Source: Cyanophora paradoxa CCMP329 (lineage: Eukaryota; Plantae; Glaucophyta). Taken from it: a DNA stretch of 64,000 bases. The stretch is taken from positions 1-64,000 of the forward strand of contig QPMI01000129.1 in the NCBI GenBank assembly GCA_004431415.1. Direction: 5' to 3'. Below the pieces are notes generated by a model. It did no database searches and was not told where the DNA came from. It saw nothing but the letters and a program-made list of their open reading frames with translations. Positions 1 through 13,580 of the stretch are shown here, one piece after another. Numbering within the stretch: the stretch's first letter is position 1; each line of letters opens with the position of its first letter. Position numbers and translations under genes: made by a program.

Positions 1-784
1 TTCGCTGCCCCCGCCCCGGGCACCCGGCGTCAGCGCGAGGCCGGTCTCCGGGCGGCCGCCGGCGCCGCGCGCAGCGCACCCAGGATCAGGATCATGTTGA
101 TCCATTCCAGCACACTTCGCGGGGGCGCGGGGCGCGTTAGCTGCGGCGGGGGCCGGCCGGGGCGCGGCACGGCGCCGGCGGCCGGCGGGGCGCACAGCTT
201 GCGGTGCAGCCAGAGCAGGCCTGCGCGGATCGGGTTCGCCTCGCTAAAGAGGTTCAGGCTCTTCTCCACGAGCTCGCCCTCGAGCGCCTGCATGCTCTCC
301 TTCTTTGCGGCCATGGCGATCTGCACGTGCTGGTGAGGAGACGGCTTGCGCCCGGCCCGCCGCGCCCCAGTCGCACCGCGGCGAGTGCGGGGTTGTACAC
401 GCCGCCCACCGTCGACGCCTGGACCACGCTGGCCGTCGCGTATACCTTGCGCCCATCGGGCAGCGCCAGGGCATCTGCAGGAGTGATGGGCCGGGCCGTG
501 CGAGGCGCTTTCTCCGGTAACGCAGGGAGCTCTGCAGGCGGGTCGGGATCTTTCTCCTGGGGCATTTCCGACGCCGCGGGCGCTGGGCCGCGGCCGCCTG
601 GCCATGGAGGCGGCCTGGCCGGCGTCTCGGAGGGTCGGTCAGCGGTGCCTGTGTTCGCTGCCTTGCTGGCCCCAGAAGAGCTGCTGTCCAGTGACTCATA
701 CACAGGGATCGCCGCTGGCAGCGGCGCTGGCGGCGGGCCCGCGCCGAGCGCCTCCGCAGCAGCCTCCACATGGAGCGGCCGCAT
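1..784 (-). CDS. 5' end of a voltage-gated (Cav/Nav-like) cation channel alpha subunit; gene runs off the window start
   Basis: Spliced exons (784-~377, 320-196, 114-80, 4-1) read ...KSLNLFSEANPIRAGLLWLHRKL|VLEWINMILIL|AN. This matches the pre-S1 'SLFLFSxxNPIR' and S1 'ILxxIxANC' motifs of Cav-type channels. The start codon is uncertain. Confidence 0.65.
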
Positions 785-1050
785 CGAGGGCGCTGGACAG
801 CGTCAAGGTTTGATCGGGCTCATCTTGCTCCGCCAGGCTAGGCTCCTCTCCGGTCCAGCCCTCCGCCAGGCTCCGGATCTCGCTGCGTCTCGCCGGCGTC
901 GGCAAGGGTGGAAGCTGATGACGTGAGCTGCTACTAAGGCAAAGGGAGCTCGCCGCCGCAGCTCGTGCGCCGATGTCTCCGCCGGCCGGGAAGCGGCACT
1001 GCCCGACTCCGCTAAAGGCGTACCCCCAGCGGCGGATACGGCGATACGCG

Positions 1051-3272
1051 ATGGTCCCGCTCTGGCTTCTAGCAGGCGCTGCCGTAGCCGTTCCTGCCTA
1101 TGATTTGGTGCGGAGGGTCGTGGCGCCCGCTCCACCAGCGATCACAACAGGCTCGGACCAGCTACGCGACCTCCTTGCGTCGTGTTCTGCCGTGCATCAC
1201 GGATACCATCCCACCCCGTGGCTTCCCAGCGGGCATCTACAGACCGCGCGCCTCCCCTTCGTCCGCAGCCAGCCCGGACCGAAAGGTGACTGGTCCCGCC
1301 CAGCTCCAGGCCTGCGGCTAACCCGTACGCACGACGCAGACTATTACCGGTGAGGTTTTAATCTCGCGCGCGCGCGCGCGCACGGATCCGGATGTTTCGA
1401 GATTCTAGATTTGATCAACCGGCGCGGGCGACGAAGCTTGTGCCTCGCGCGGGCCCTCCCGCGTCATCTAGCTGCGCATCGAGCGCGATCAGCTTGCTGG
1501 ACCGCCTCCCATCGCGCTCACCGCCGAAACGCCTCGCGCGCTCGCGCAGGGAGGTCTTTGAGGTCGAAGGCGGGGCGGCGGTTTTCGCCCTGGACTGGAG
1601 CACGTACGGCATAGAGTGCGGTTCCGGAAGGAGAGGGCGGAGGAGGAGTTCTCGAGGGCACGTGCAGATCCGCTCCGCCCCGGGACTCGAGGAAGCGCCC
1701 ACGCTCGTCATATTGCGTGCGCGCGCCCAATCGCCCACGCGACGCCGCCCGCCAGCGCGCCGCAGCTGACGGTGCCCCGCTCGCGCAGACGGGCTAACAG
1801 GAGGCGATCCCGCAAGGAAACACGTCGGGGTGCGCCGCGCGCCCGGCCCCGCCCCCCGCGGTCGCTCGCTCTCGCCCGCGCCCCGCCCGCCTGCACCGGC
1901 GCGTCCGCCGACGCGGTCTTCGCTTCCCGAAGGCGTCGTACGTGCACTCGCTGGTGGCGGATGCGAAGGCGCGGGGGTGGCGGGCGGTGATCCTGATCGC
2001 GCGGGGCACCCACGGCCTGCACGTCCGCTGCGCGACGGAGTGGTACAGCATCGGGCGGACGTCGGACGTGCGCCAGGCCGTGGAGCACGTGCGGGCCTGC
2101 CTGCCGAGGAGCCCCCTGCTCGGCGTCGGCTTCTCCGCCGGGGGCAACATCCTCTCCAAGTACCTCGGCGAGGAGGGCTCCCGCACCCCGCTCTCGGTGC
2201 GCCCCCGCGCCACGCGCGCCCCGCCACCATCCCACTCGCCAACCCCTCCCGACCCGATAGGCCGCCGCGACGTTCGCGAACCCTTTCGACCTCCAGGTCA
2301 GAGCCGCCCGCGCCCTGCTCGTACCCCGCCCCCTCCCCTCCCCTCCCCTCCTCACGCCCGGGCGCGCGCGCCGGCGCAGGTGTGCTTCGACGTGATGAAC
2401 CGGCGGCCGCTGCACTCGATGCTGTACGGGGGGGCGATGGTCAAGAACATGAAGCGGGAGCTGCGGCGGCACTGCGCGAGCTTCGCGGACCACCCCGGCA
2501 TCGACTTCGCCCACGTGCTGCGCGCCAGGACCGTCCGCGAGTTCCAGGAGCGCTTCACCATCCTCGTCTTCGGGTACAAGACCGTCGAGGACTACCACAG
2601 GCGCGCAGCCACTCCCGGCGGGAGCGTGTACCCCCCTGTCCTCGCCCCGGCTCGACCGCTGATTGCGCGGCGGCGTGCAGGGACGTCTCGTGCGCGCACG
2701 TGCTGCCGGCGATCCGGCGCCCGGTGGCCTTCTTCAACGCGGGGGACGACCCGATCTGCCCCCGCGAGGCCTGGCCCCTCGCCCTCTGCGCCTCCAGCGG
2801 CACCTGCGCCCTCGTCACCACCGAGACGGGCGGCCACCTCGGCTGGTTCGAGGTCCGCCCCTCCCCGCCGCCTCTCCCTCACTCAGAATCAGCGAGTGAC
2901 GGGGCGGGGCAGGGCTGGGCGGGCGTGCGGACGTGGATGACGCGCGCCGCCTCGGGCTTCTTCGCGGCGCTGCTCCCGACGCTGCCGCCCCCGCCCCCCG
3001 CCCCCGCCGCCAAGCTCCTCTCCCCCTCCTTCCTCTACGGCAGCGAGTCCGAGGGCGAGGAGGAGGGGGAGGAGGGCGAGGGCGAGGGCGAGGAGGAGGG
3101 GGCCGAGGAGGGCGGGGCAGGGGAGGAGGCGGGGGAGGAGGGCTCCAGCCTGCCCCTGGTGCCCCTCGCCAGCGACTGGGAGGAGGCGGAGGTCATCAAC
3201 TCGCCCTTCCACGGCCCCGCCCCCTCCCCGCCCGCCCCGCCACCCCTGCCCCTCGCCAGCCCCTCCGCCTGA
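1051..3272 (+). CDS. Alpha/beta hydrolase, ABHD1/3 (YheT-like) family, with acidic C-terminal tail
   Basis: Hydrophobic N-terminus, YHPTPWLPSGHLQT, nucleophile GFSAGGN, acid FNAGDDPI, His GGHLGWFE; multi-exon. Confidence 0.85.
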
Positions 3273-4081
3273 CCCCTATAGCTACCCATCCCCGCATCCG
3301 ATCCGATTTTTTTCGGGCCGCCCGAGGCCCCTTTGTGTAGTTTTTCCAATGCGTTTTGCATCGTGTACGCTAGGCAAACAATATTAATGCATATGTGCAT
3401 TGTCCGACCGTCGGACGGTTCCCTTTTGCTTGTGCTTTTGTTTCAAATTTTCCTCAAGCTCGCTTGCCCAGTTAACGTTGCTCTTGCTCGAGACCTTTTC
3501 GATTTATATGCTTCCATTCCTTTTTGATGCATATGTGCTATGTAGACCGATACCTAGATCTCACAGGTATACTTAGCGAGCGCTAGCGCTGCAGGAACAT
3601 TTAGTTTACGTGATAATAGCCTTTAATTTCCACTCATCTTCCGAAGTTCTGCATTTGCATGCCGCAGTACTAGTGACATCGCATGGCTTGGGCCAGGCTC
3701 GAGCTCCAGCCGAATTCGAAGCGCGCTATATATATGCATGCCGCGCGCAGACTGCGCGCGCAACGTTAACTGTACATGCATGCAGCTGCAGTTCGCAACA
3801 CACTTCGAATTCGCGAATTTACGCGAAGGGTTGCATCAAGGGGGTACACGTTTACTGCCCGCTTCTCCCCCCCGGCCGGCAGAGAGCACAGACCCGGGAA
3901 AGAGCCCGAGCGCTAGCAGAAGTACCGCGCGCGAGGAAAGAGATGGCAGCTGCGCATGCTAGCGCTGGGCGCTGTCATCGTGCTCTGCGCTGCTTAGCTT
4001 GGAAGTTCGACGATCGATCGCATCGATCGCATCTCCTGTTCGCGAATTCGGCGAGCAGCGCGTTGATCGGCACCGAGTGCG

Positions 4082-6462
4082 ATGGGCGGCACCGCATCGA
4101 AGATCTCGTCGTGGAAGGACGGCGCGGCCTGCGAAGCCAAGGCTAAAGGCACCGGTGCGTTTCCGAATCGATCTCCGTTTCTTCGAGGCGCCCGCCGACC
4201 TTGAGGGCGGGCGGGCTAGCGCTGGCCACCTTGAAGGTCGGAGGGCGCCTGGAGGAGAAGATTTTGAAGGCTTGCTCTGAGGAAGGCGCGACCTACTACT
4301 CTGAGCCCGACGGCGAATGCAAGGAGTGGTGCGCTCGACTTGGTTCTTCATCGATATCATTGCGCCGTGGCTGATCGCGGCCGCGGGGGCGCGCGCGCAG
4401 CCCGGCGCTGACGGTCATGGAGACATTCAGCAAGCCCGACTGCAGCGGGGAGTCAGTCTACACCGCGACGTACAACGGGGAGCTCTCGGAGCAGAACTTC
4501 GCGGACTCGTGCGGCCGCGCGGCCCGCTTCGGCAAAGTGGGCACCGCGTACTACAAGGCGGCTGCGGGCGAGATGGGCGGCACGGAGGCCGCCTGCACCA
4601 GGTGGTGCGCACGCGTCGGCCGCCGCGTCCACGACCCCGCGCCGGGCCCCGCGCCCGGCGCCGCCCCGCGCGGCGCCGGCGGACCTGACGCCCGGCGCTG
4701 GCAGCCCGCCCGTCACGGAGGTGTACGGTTTTATGAACATGGAATGCACGTCGAACTCGGATCTCTACGGGCACTACTACTACGGAATCCTTCCGAAGAA
4801 CGCCCCCGAGGTCTCTGGCGCCACGACCAAGGCCTGCGACTTCCGGAACTCGCTCACCTTCTCGGCCAAGACCTACGGTACGGAGGTCACCCAGGAGATC
4901 GTCGGCTGCACCAAATGGTGCGCGGACACGGATTCCCGGGTACCCAGGGGCGCCCCTCACGACGGCGGCGCGCGCAGCCCGGCGGTGAGCGCCGTGCGGG
5001 CGTACCCGTACGCGGAGTGCAAGGCGGAGGCGCGGGACGCGGCGCGGGCGGAGAAGGAGGACCGGCTCTGGGAGGTGGTCAAGAAGAGCGCCTCCATAGA
5101 CGAGCTGGACGACGTGATGGAGCTGCAGAACGCCGACCTCACGATCGCGGAGATCCTGCGGCAGTACGGGAGCAAGGAGGCGCTGTTCAAGGAGAAGGAC
5201 ATCGCCGAGGCCAGGCAGGCAGAGATCGATGCGGCGAAGAAGCTCGACCCGAAAATCACAGACGAAATCCATTGGTCGCAGCGCGACGCGATCAACAACG
5301 CGAAGAAATTCATGGACGCGGTGCGGCGGAGATCTAGACCGGCGGCGGGCGGAGTGCCGTCCCGCCCTCCCCGCGCGCTGGCGCTGACTCGTCCGGGGCG
5401 CGGGGCGGGGGCAGATCAACATGCGGTACAACGGGCACGGGAAGGGCCTGACGGAGGCGGAGGTGCAGGAGGCGTACAAGCTGGCGCTGGACCTGGCCGA
5501 CGACCCCGTCGACCTGAGCGTCCAGGAGCGCGTCGTCAACGTGGAGGATGCGTCGGATGCGGAGCACCTGCACGCCGTCCGCATGGAGGCCGAGGAGCTC
5601 TGCGACGGGGCCGGCGCCTTCAAGGAGTTCGCCGGCTGGGGCGCCGGGAGCCAGGCGGAGCTCCGCAACGCCCAGTTCACCAAACTCCCCACCAAGAGCA
5701 TCTCCGTGGTCAAGATGACGGACCGCGGCGAGGAGGCCGCCTGCATGCCCTGGTGCGCCCCCGCGGCCCCCGCGAGCCGGCCGGCATTCCCGTCGCGCGA
5801 TCGCGAGACCGAGGCGAGCGGGGCGGGGCGCGGCAGCCACGAGTACAAGACCGTGGTGGAGTGCTACCTCAACGGCGAGAAGAAGTTTGAGACGACTACC
5901 GACTACGAGTACGGGCGCAGCTCCTCAGCTTTCAGGCCCCGCTCGACTCGCGGCGCGCAGGTGCAGGCATCTCAACACGGACGAGGACAAGAACTACATC
6001 CCGGATAAGCCGGGCTCAGTCTCCGCCCGTATCGTGCGCGCGCGCGCCCCTCGTCGCTGGCGGGGGCCGACCGGCGGGGGGCGGGCGCGGCGCTTGCAGT
6101 TTAAGTACCACTGCACGTACTGGGGCGGCTGCGACCTTATCTCCAAGGAGTCCAAACCGATCGACGAGGTGTACCTTCGCCTGGACGAGGGGACCCAGGC
6201 GCGCGCCGCCCGGCCCGCCCCCGCCATCCCGATCCACCGACCTGACGCGGCGCGGCGCAGGAGGTCGAGGAGGAGGCGGAGGCGGCGGAGGCGGAGGAGG
6301 GCGACTACGAGGCGGACTTGGAGCTCGAGGAGGCCGGCCTCGCCGCCTGCGCCCCCGTGCGCCCGCCCCGGCGCCCCGGCCCCGCCCCCGATCGCGAGCC
6401 CCGCCCCCCCGCCGCAGGAGGCGCAGGAGGCGGAGCTGCCGGAGGGGCTCCTCGCGCAGTGA
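4082..6462 (+). CDS. Uncharacterised protein with N-myristoylation-like start and repeated Cys modules
   Basis: Splices to MGGTASKISSW...ECKE|CPAL...ACTR|CPPV...GCTK|CPAV...ACMP|CHEY...; clean codon usage; acidic C-terminus ending LPEGLLAQ*. Confidence 0.7.
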
Positions 6463-6954
6463 GGCGCGCCGGCTGCAGAGGCCGCCGGGCTTGCGGGGCA
6501 CGGGGGACGTCGACGCCGGTCAATCGGCTCCTGCGTCGCGGCGCCGCTCACGGGAGTCATATGGGCCATGCTAGCCTTCTACGGCCTCCGTCTCTGCCTG
6601 CCACGCTGAATCTGACTTCAATTTGCGCGTAATGTACTTTCTCTCAATCTTCCACGTGGTGGAGGGTGGTGGTGGTGGTTGGTGGGGAGAGGGAGCTCGA
6701 GGGAGGGGGGGCGTGGGGAGAGGGAGGGGACGTGGGGGAGAGGGAGGGAGGGGGAGCGGAGATCTAGAGGGGAGGAAAAATTAGGGGGTGGAAAAACGCG
6801 CGCGAGAATCGAAGCCATGCATGCATGCAGCCCGGCCCTGGGCATTCTTGCAATCGGCCAAGTGGATTCGAATCCACTGTCAGTGTCTCTGTTCGAAGTC
6901 CTGCTGATCATACATATGCATGAGCTTCATTGCTCTAGATCTAAGTAATCGCTG

Positions 6955-9900
6955 TCACACGCTACCATACCACTCCTGCTGGTGAAGTTTCACAGTATTG
7001 CCGGTGAATCTCCTCTGCGTTTCCTGCAATCTGATCACGATGAGGTGTGGGCGCGGCGCTCCCTCCCCGTCCGCCGCGGCCGCCACGGCCGCCGCGGCGG
7101 CCTCGGCTGATGCTGCCGCCACGATCGGCGAGGGGCGCGCCTGGAGCGCTGGCGTGCACGTGGCCTGCGCCAGCTCCAACTCCAACTCCGCCCCGGAAGC
7201 CGCCCCGCGGGGTGCCGCCCCAGCCTCCCGCGAAGCCGGGCGGGCCGTCATACAAACCGCCGGCCTCGCTCGAGCTCGCAGGGCCCACGCCGACGCCGAC
7301 GCCGCCGCCCGCGGGACTGCTCGCGCTCGCCCCCCGCTCCCGCCCGCGCCCACCGCGCTCCGCCCGGCCTCGAGCCCCGCGCGGCGCGGCCCTTCGACTC
7401 GCTGCGGCGGCCGCCGCGGCTCCTCGCGGGCCGGCTCCGCCGCCTGCAGCTGCTCGGGGGAGAGCCCCGGAGCAGCCCTCTGCGCCTCCATGGCCAGCCC
7501 CGCCAGCTGCAGCCTCGCCTCCAGCTCCGCGACGCGCCCCTCCGACGCCTCCGCCCGCCCCCGCAGCGCCCGCTGCTGCTTCGCCGCCTGCGCGGCCGTC
7601 ACGACCCTTTCGGAGGGCGGGACCGAGCAGACCGCACCCCCTTCTGCGCGGCGGAAAGGCCGCTGGCGTACGCGCGCTTGGCCTCCTCCCTCGTCGCCGC
7701 CAGCGCCTCGCGCGCCACCGCCAGGTCCCTCTGCAGCTCCTCCGCCTCCGCCAGCGCCGGCTGGACAAGCGCCGCCTGCGAAGTCTGCGACGCGCTCGCC
7801 TCCGCGCGCGCCGCGGCCAGCGCCCTGCGCGCCTCCTCCGCCTCCCTTCGCGCCGCCGCCGCCTCCGCCTCGGCGGCCTCCTTCCCGGCGACGAGCCGCT
7901 GCGCCTCGGCCGCCGCCTGCTTCTGCGCGGCCGACTGCGCTTTCCGCGCGGACGCCGCCTCCTCCCTCACCGCCGCCAGCTCGCCGCGCGCCTCCGCCGC
8001 CTCCCTCCGCGCCTGCGCCGCCTCGGCCTCCGCTGCCGACTTGGCGGCCTGGAGCGCGTCCCGCTCTGCGGCCGCCTGCCTCCGCGCCTTCTCCGCCTCC
8101 CGCAGCTGCTCCTCCGCCGCCCGCCGCCCCGCCTCCGCCTCCGCCAGCTTCTGCTTCCCGGCCTCGAACATCTGCCTGCACGGTTGTCAGCGGGCGGCGC
8201 GGAGCCGGCCCGATCTGACGGGCGCGCCTGTGGTGCTCCCGGTCGTTCCTCGCTCCCTGGGCATCTCGCTGCGCCCGCGCCAGCTCTGCCCGCAGCTGCT
8301 CCGGGTCCAACGGGTCCCCCGCGGGGCCGCTGGAGCTCCCGCTCGCCTGCGGCGCCAACTCGCCCCGCGCGTGCCCGCTGCCGCCGGCGTCCTCGGAGAC
8401 CGCCTCGCGCCCTGCCGGCTCGCCCCTCCTCGGGGGTTCCCTCCAGAGCGCCTCCCGACCGGATTCCTCCCCCGGCTCCTCCGAAAGCTGGCTCCGCGGC
8501 GAATCCGGGGCCCCCGCTGCCTCCCCCGAACCCTCGCTCGCAGAGGAGGCGGCGGCTGGGGCGGGCGGCGCCGGGGCCGGCAGGGCGGGGGGATGGGCCG
8601 GGGCGGGCGGCGGCGCGGCGCCGGCCACCTCGACGAGGAAGGCGTCGGAGACGAAGGAGAAGGGCTGCCCGTCCCTGCCCACGAACGCCCGCCCGCCGAC
8701 CGCGTAGAGCTGCCCCGCGCCGGGCAGCGCCACCAGCACGGTGGCCGAGCGCGGCGTCGGGAGGTCCCCCGAGGCGCGCAGGAGGCGCCACGGGTCGCCC
8801 GAGGCGCGCCCCGCGTCGAAGTCGAAGGACCAGCACTTGTTCGAGAAGACGTCGTCGGGGCCCACGCCGCCGAAGAGGAGGTGCGCGCCCCCGAGGCTCG
8901 CGCTCCCGGCCTCCTCCATCGCCCCGGGGGTCGAGGGCAGCCGCGCCCAGCGGTTCTCGCCGAAGCAGTAGAGCCACGTGTCGGCAACGGGCACTGCGCG
9001 CGCGGGCCCTGAACGGAGGCACGGACGGCGCGGGGGAGAAGGGGAGGCTGACCCGGGCCCCCACCCTTGTTCCGGTTGCCCCCGTAGAGAGCAAGATACT
9101 TGCCGTCAGGGCTCAGCCTGCGCCGCGCGCGTCAACGTTTGGGGCGGAAGACGCGGCGAAGCGCCGCGCACCAGCCCGCGGCGTACGCGACCGGTGCGGG
9201 CCAAGGCTGCGTGCCTCGCGGCTTGATCTCCGTCCAGGTTCTGGCGTGCCGAGTGAGTGCGCGGGCGCGAGATTCGATCTCATCGAGGGGCGCCCGCACA
9301 GGTCCGAGAAGGAGAAGACCCACAAGTCGTTCATCTGAGGCATGTCGGTGTCTTTGAACATGTCACCAGTGCCCCCGAACATGACGAGGCGGCCGCGCTC
9401 CTCGTCGACGAGCGCGAGCGCGCCCATGCGGCCCTTGGGCGCGCGCCCCTGCGTCCTCACGATCGACCACGTCCAGTCCTTCGGACTGAGCCTGCGGACA
9501 TAGGGTGATCGGGTCGAAGGAGCGCGCGCAGGCTGCGCATGCGCAAGCGCACTTTCGCATGGTCCTGTCGAACTCAAGGCGCGGTGCGTACTTGGAGCCG
9601 ACGTTCTCGCATCCGCCCCACATCCAGAGCGCTCCCCGAGCGTAAACCTGGACCGCGAGTGGGACCGGGAGCGGGGGCGCCGAGAGCACGAACGCGCACG
9701 AAAACGGGGCTCTCGCGCGCCCCCGGCTTGCTCGAGAAGCCGCTCGCTTGCACGGACGTCCAGTTTCTCGACGTGCCTTGCACGTCGTACACCCAGAGAT
9801 CGCCCAGCGGCCGCATGTCGAAGCCCATGCCACCGTAGAACACGATGCACGGCCAATCCTCGCCTTGCACGACGCGGAGGCACGCCGCCGTCGCGGCGTT

Positions 9901-9969
9901 CATGCGCGGGGGTGGCGTGTGCACGCTGCGAACGGGCAGCCGCTGGAACGTGACGGCTGGCAAGCTCAT
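6955..9969 (-). CDS. Kelch-repeat protein with C-terminal coiled coil
   Basis: Repeated kelch blades (IVFYGG...DLWVYD, LWMWGG, LVMFGG...NDLWVFS, LLFGG...KCWSFD, LYAVGG) followed by an Ala/Glu/Arg-rich helical region; 3' end approximate. Confidence 0.8.
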
Positions 9970-10306
9970 GGCTGCACCGATCCGAGCGCCCGATCGCCCA
10001 ACGCGCTAGCGCTTCGAATGCGCTCTGGATCCGAGCGGGTCGCAGCCTGCAGCTGGTCGCAGCCAGGTCGGACGTGGTCGGTCTGGCAAGGGGTATACGT
10101 ATACACGCGAGTTGGCTTGGCTCCGCTCAAATGCCGGCCTCCGAATGCCATATGCATGATGCGGGCTGATGAACAATCGTGACAAGTTAAAGCGCTATAC
10201 ATCACCGCCGCCGCCGCTGCCGACTTTCATGGCTTGATCAGCAGAAACGGCTTCAATTCGCCGAGGACGCGGACTTCTGCTGCAGCATCAGTATACGTAT
10301 ACGTAG

Positions 10307-13300
10307 ATGGAAGGAGCGCACGTTCAGAGCGCGGATTCCGGGCGCGGGTCCTCGATCGGCATTCACGGCGCTGCAGCCGCGCTGGACGAGGATCACCTGG
10401 CGGGGCTTCTGGACTTTGCGTGCCGGGAGATGCTGGAGCTGGAGGGGCCGGCGGCGGGGGCCGGCGGCGAGGGCGGCTGGCGCGTCATCCTGGAGCACCG
10501 CGACGCGAACATCGATGTTGCCGTCGAGGCGCGGTGCGGGGCACCCGCCCCCGCTCGAGCTTACGAGCTCACGCGCCCCGCCCGTGACCCGGCGCGCCCT
10601 CCTCCGCAGGCCGGTCTCGATGCCGGCGGACCCCGCCGCGCCCTTCCGCCTCTTCCGGACGAGCGTCGAGCTGCCCGACGTGCCGCCTGCGTTCGCGACC
10701 CGCGCCATCATGTCCCGCTCCCGCTTCAAGGAGTTCAACGAGGTCCGCCCGTCCCCTTCCCCCGCCGCCCCCCTGTTCCCCTGAACCCGTACCCCCCTCC
10801 CAGTTCATCCTCTCGGAGGAGCTGGTGGCGGACCTGCGGGGGCCGTACCCGGGCGACCCCGAGGAGCTCGGGCGCGTCCAGGTCTTCGCCGACAGGCACG
10901 ATTACTTCGGTGCCCCTCCGGATCCTCGCCCCCCGGAGGAGCCGATCTGACAAAAGCAACCCGCTCAGGTTGGGCCCTCCAGTCCGTGGTGCGCGGCCCC
11001 GCCCACGCTCCCGCCTCTGTCGGTCCCTGGTGCCTGCCTGGAACGCTTTCCAGAGCCAGATACGTATATACGCCCGGGTAGGGGAGGGAGACCAATCGCC
11101 TTACCCTAGCAATCGGCCTCTTTTGCCGGACGCGTGCGAGGCGGGCTCGTGTGAGCGAGCGGGCCTGCGCGGCAGATGCTCTTCTCAACGTGGCGGCTGG
11201 GCGACGGCTCGGGCCTGCTGCTGAAGGTGCCCGTCGAGCTCGAGCGCCGCCCCGACGCGCAGCCCGTCTGGTCCGGCCCCCCTCCCCCCTACCCCCCCCC
11301 TTCCCCTTTTCCCTTCCCCCTCCCCTCCCCCCTCCCGTGCCCTTCCCGACCCCGCCCCTCCCAATCACCCCCCCCCCACCCTCCCCCCCCCCCACCCACC
11401 CACCCACCCACCTACCTCCCCCCCTGGAATGTTAAAGCCGGCTCTCATGGCGAGGGGGCGGGGGCGTGGGGGCAGGACGACGCGGCGCCACCTGACGAAG
11501 ATACGCGCCGTGGTCGCCTGGCGCGTCGCCCCGGCCCCCGACGGCCCCGGCTCCAGGCGCGCCCCCGCCCCCCCGTCCGCCCCCTTCGAGCTCCCCCGTC
11601 CCGCTTGCAAACGGCGGCGCGCAGGCTGGTCTTCACGCAGGTGGACCGGAGGCGGGACCTCATGGCCTACCTTCCCGACGCCCTCCACGTCCAGGCGCCC
11701 GCCCCCTCAGCCTTAGCTTCCCCTCCGCTTAGGCCCGCCTCGGGGCGAGGGGGGCCCGACGCCGTGGCCAGGCGCCTGGGAGGCACGCGCCGGGGCCCCC
11801 TGACGCCCCCCGCGCCCTCAGATCTTCTCCCGCATCTGGGTGAAGACCAACGTGCGGGCGGTGCGCGCAGCAGGCCGGGGCCGGGGCGGCTGCGGGGCGC
11901 CGCTGAGGCCGGCGCGGGGCGGGGCAGGTGCGGCTGGTGCTCTCGGAGTACGCGGCGGCTGCGGCGGCGGCGGCGGGCGACCCGGCGCTGCGGCGGCCCC
12001 GCGACCGCGCCGGGGCCGGCTTTTCCTTCCTCTCCGGCTCCGCCGCCCCGCCCCGGGGGCTCTCGGGGGGGCCGGGCCCCCCCGGCCCCTCTGCTCCCTT
12101 CGTCGTGCACGCCTTCGCGCCCCCTTCGCCAGCCGCGAGCGGCGGCGGCGCTGACCCCGAGGGCGGCGCGGAGTCCGAGGCGGCGGCGGCGCCGCCCAAA
12201 GCCAACGAGCTCTTCTACGCCTTCGTCGGCATCAAAGTCCGCCACCCCGCCCGCCCGCCCGCCCGTCCCGCAGCGGATCCGGCGCACCCGAGCCCAGCGC
12301 GCCTGGGCTTGATTCCTTCTTGGTGCGCAGGAGGAGGGTCTGGCGGCGGAGGAGCGGGCGGCGGCGGCGGGCCCGGCGGGCGTCCACGAGACGGCCCCCG
12401 AGGTCGAGGGCGTGACCGCCCCGCGCGTCCTCTCCCGCGTGCGCGCCGCTCCGCGCGAGCGGCCTCCCGCCGCTGCGGCCCTCGCGGGATCCGAACCCGC
12501 GGGCGCGCAGGCGATGGATGCGGCGCGGGCCTCCCTGGACCTTGCCCTGCGCCTGGAGTCAATGTCCCTCGCCGGACTCGAACGCGCGCCCCGCACCAGC
12601 TCCCACCCTCCCGCGCGCGCCTCGGCCTCACGCCCGCCCGCCCCGCAGTGCCCCGGGTCCGCCGAGCGGGGGCGGCAGCGGCGACGTGGGGACGTGGACG
12701 CGCCGGCGCCGCTGCCGCTGCCGCCCTCTGCGGCCAAGGCCCTCGCCCGCCCCCGCCGGAGCCCGGGGGCGCCGCCGCCGCCGCCGCCGCTTCCCCCGCC
12801 GGTGCGCTGGCGGCGAGCAGCTCGAAGCGGCACCAGGGGGCCCCCGCCCCCGCCGCCCCTCTACCTCGCCCCGGGTCCCCCCCGCTCCCGCATCGGCCCC
12901 CGCGCCCCCGCGGCCGCCTTCGACGCCGCGCCTCCGCCCGCCGCGCTCCAGCCCATCGCCCCGCGGTGCGCGTGCCCCGCCCCGTCGCGCGCGCGCCGGG
13001 CGATGGGGGCGGGGTGGGAGGGCAGGCCGGGGCCGGCGGGGCGGGGCCGGGGAGGCCGCTGGACCTCGCGGGGATGCCGCCGTGGCGCAAGAAGCGCACC
13101 GCCAAGAAGAAGACGACGCAGCCGCCTCCAGCCGACCCCGGCCCGCAGCCGCCCGGCCCCTCGCCCCCGCCCCCGCCCCTCCCCCGACCCCGGCCTCCGC
13201 GCCCTCGCGCCCCAGTTCTCCGCCCCCGCCCTCCCCGCCTCCCCCTGCACCCCCTGCACCCGCCGCATTCCCCTACCCTCGCCTATCTGCTCATCCCCGT

Positions 13301-13379
13301 CCCTCTGGTCGTTGCGTACGCCCCGGCTCCGGCACAGGAGCCGGGCGGCGCGGCCCGGCCTCGGCGGCGGCCCCGGCCC

Positions 13380-13420
<41 letters not shown>

Positions 13421-13580
13421 CTCGCCTCTTGCTGGCGATGGGGCGGCGGCCGCGCTCTCGGACGGCTCGACCGCGGAGGGCGGGGAAGAGGAGCGGGCCC
13501 AGACGCCCGAGCTCCAGCTCGCGACCGACGCCCGCCCGCCCTCGCCCCGCCGCAGCCTCGCTTCCAATCCGTACACGTAG
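10307..13580 (+). CDS. Putative START/SRPBCC-like domain protein with low-complexity C-terminus
   Basis: GWRVILEH, FRLFRTSVEL and VAWRVAPAPDGPGS|RLVFTQVD...YLPD resemble START-domain segments; several exons uncertain. Confidence 0.45.
13381..13420 (+). repeat. (GGC)n trinucleotide tract (poly-Ala)
   Basis: About 13 consecutive GGC units visible. Confidence 0.9.

Noticed and set aside
6655-6800. G-rich purine tract containing TTAGGG as a telomere relic
   Set aside because: A single TTAGGG in low-complexity sequence, with no tandem array.
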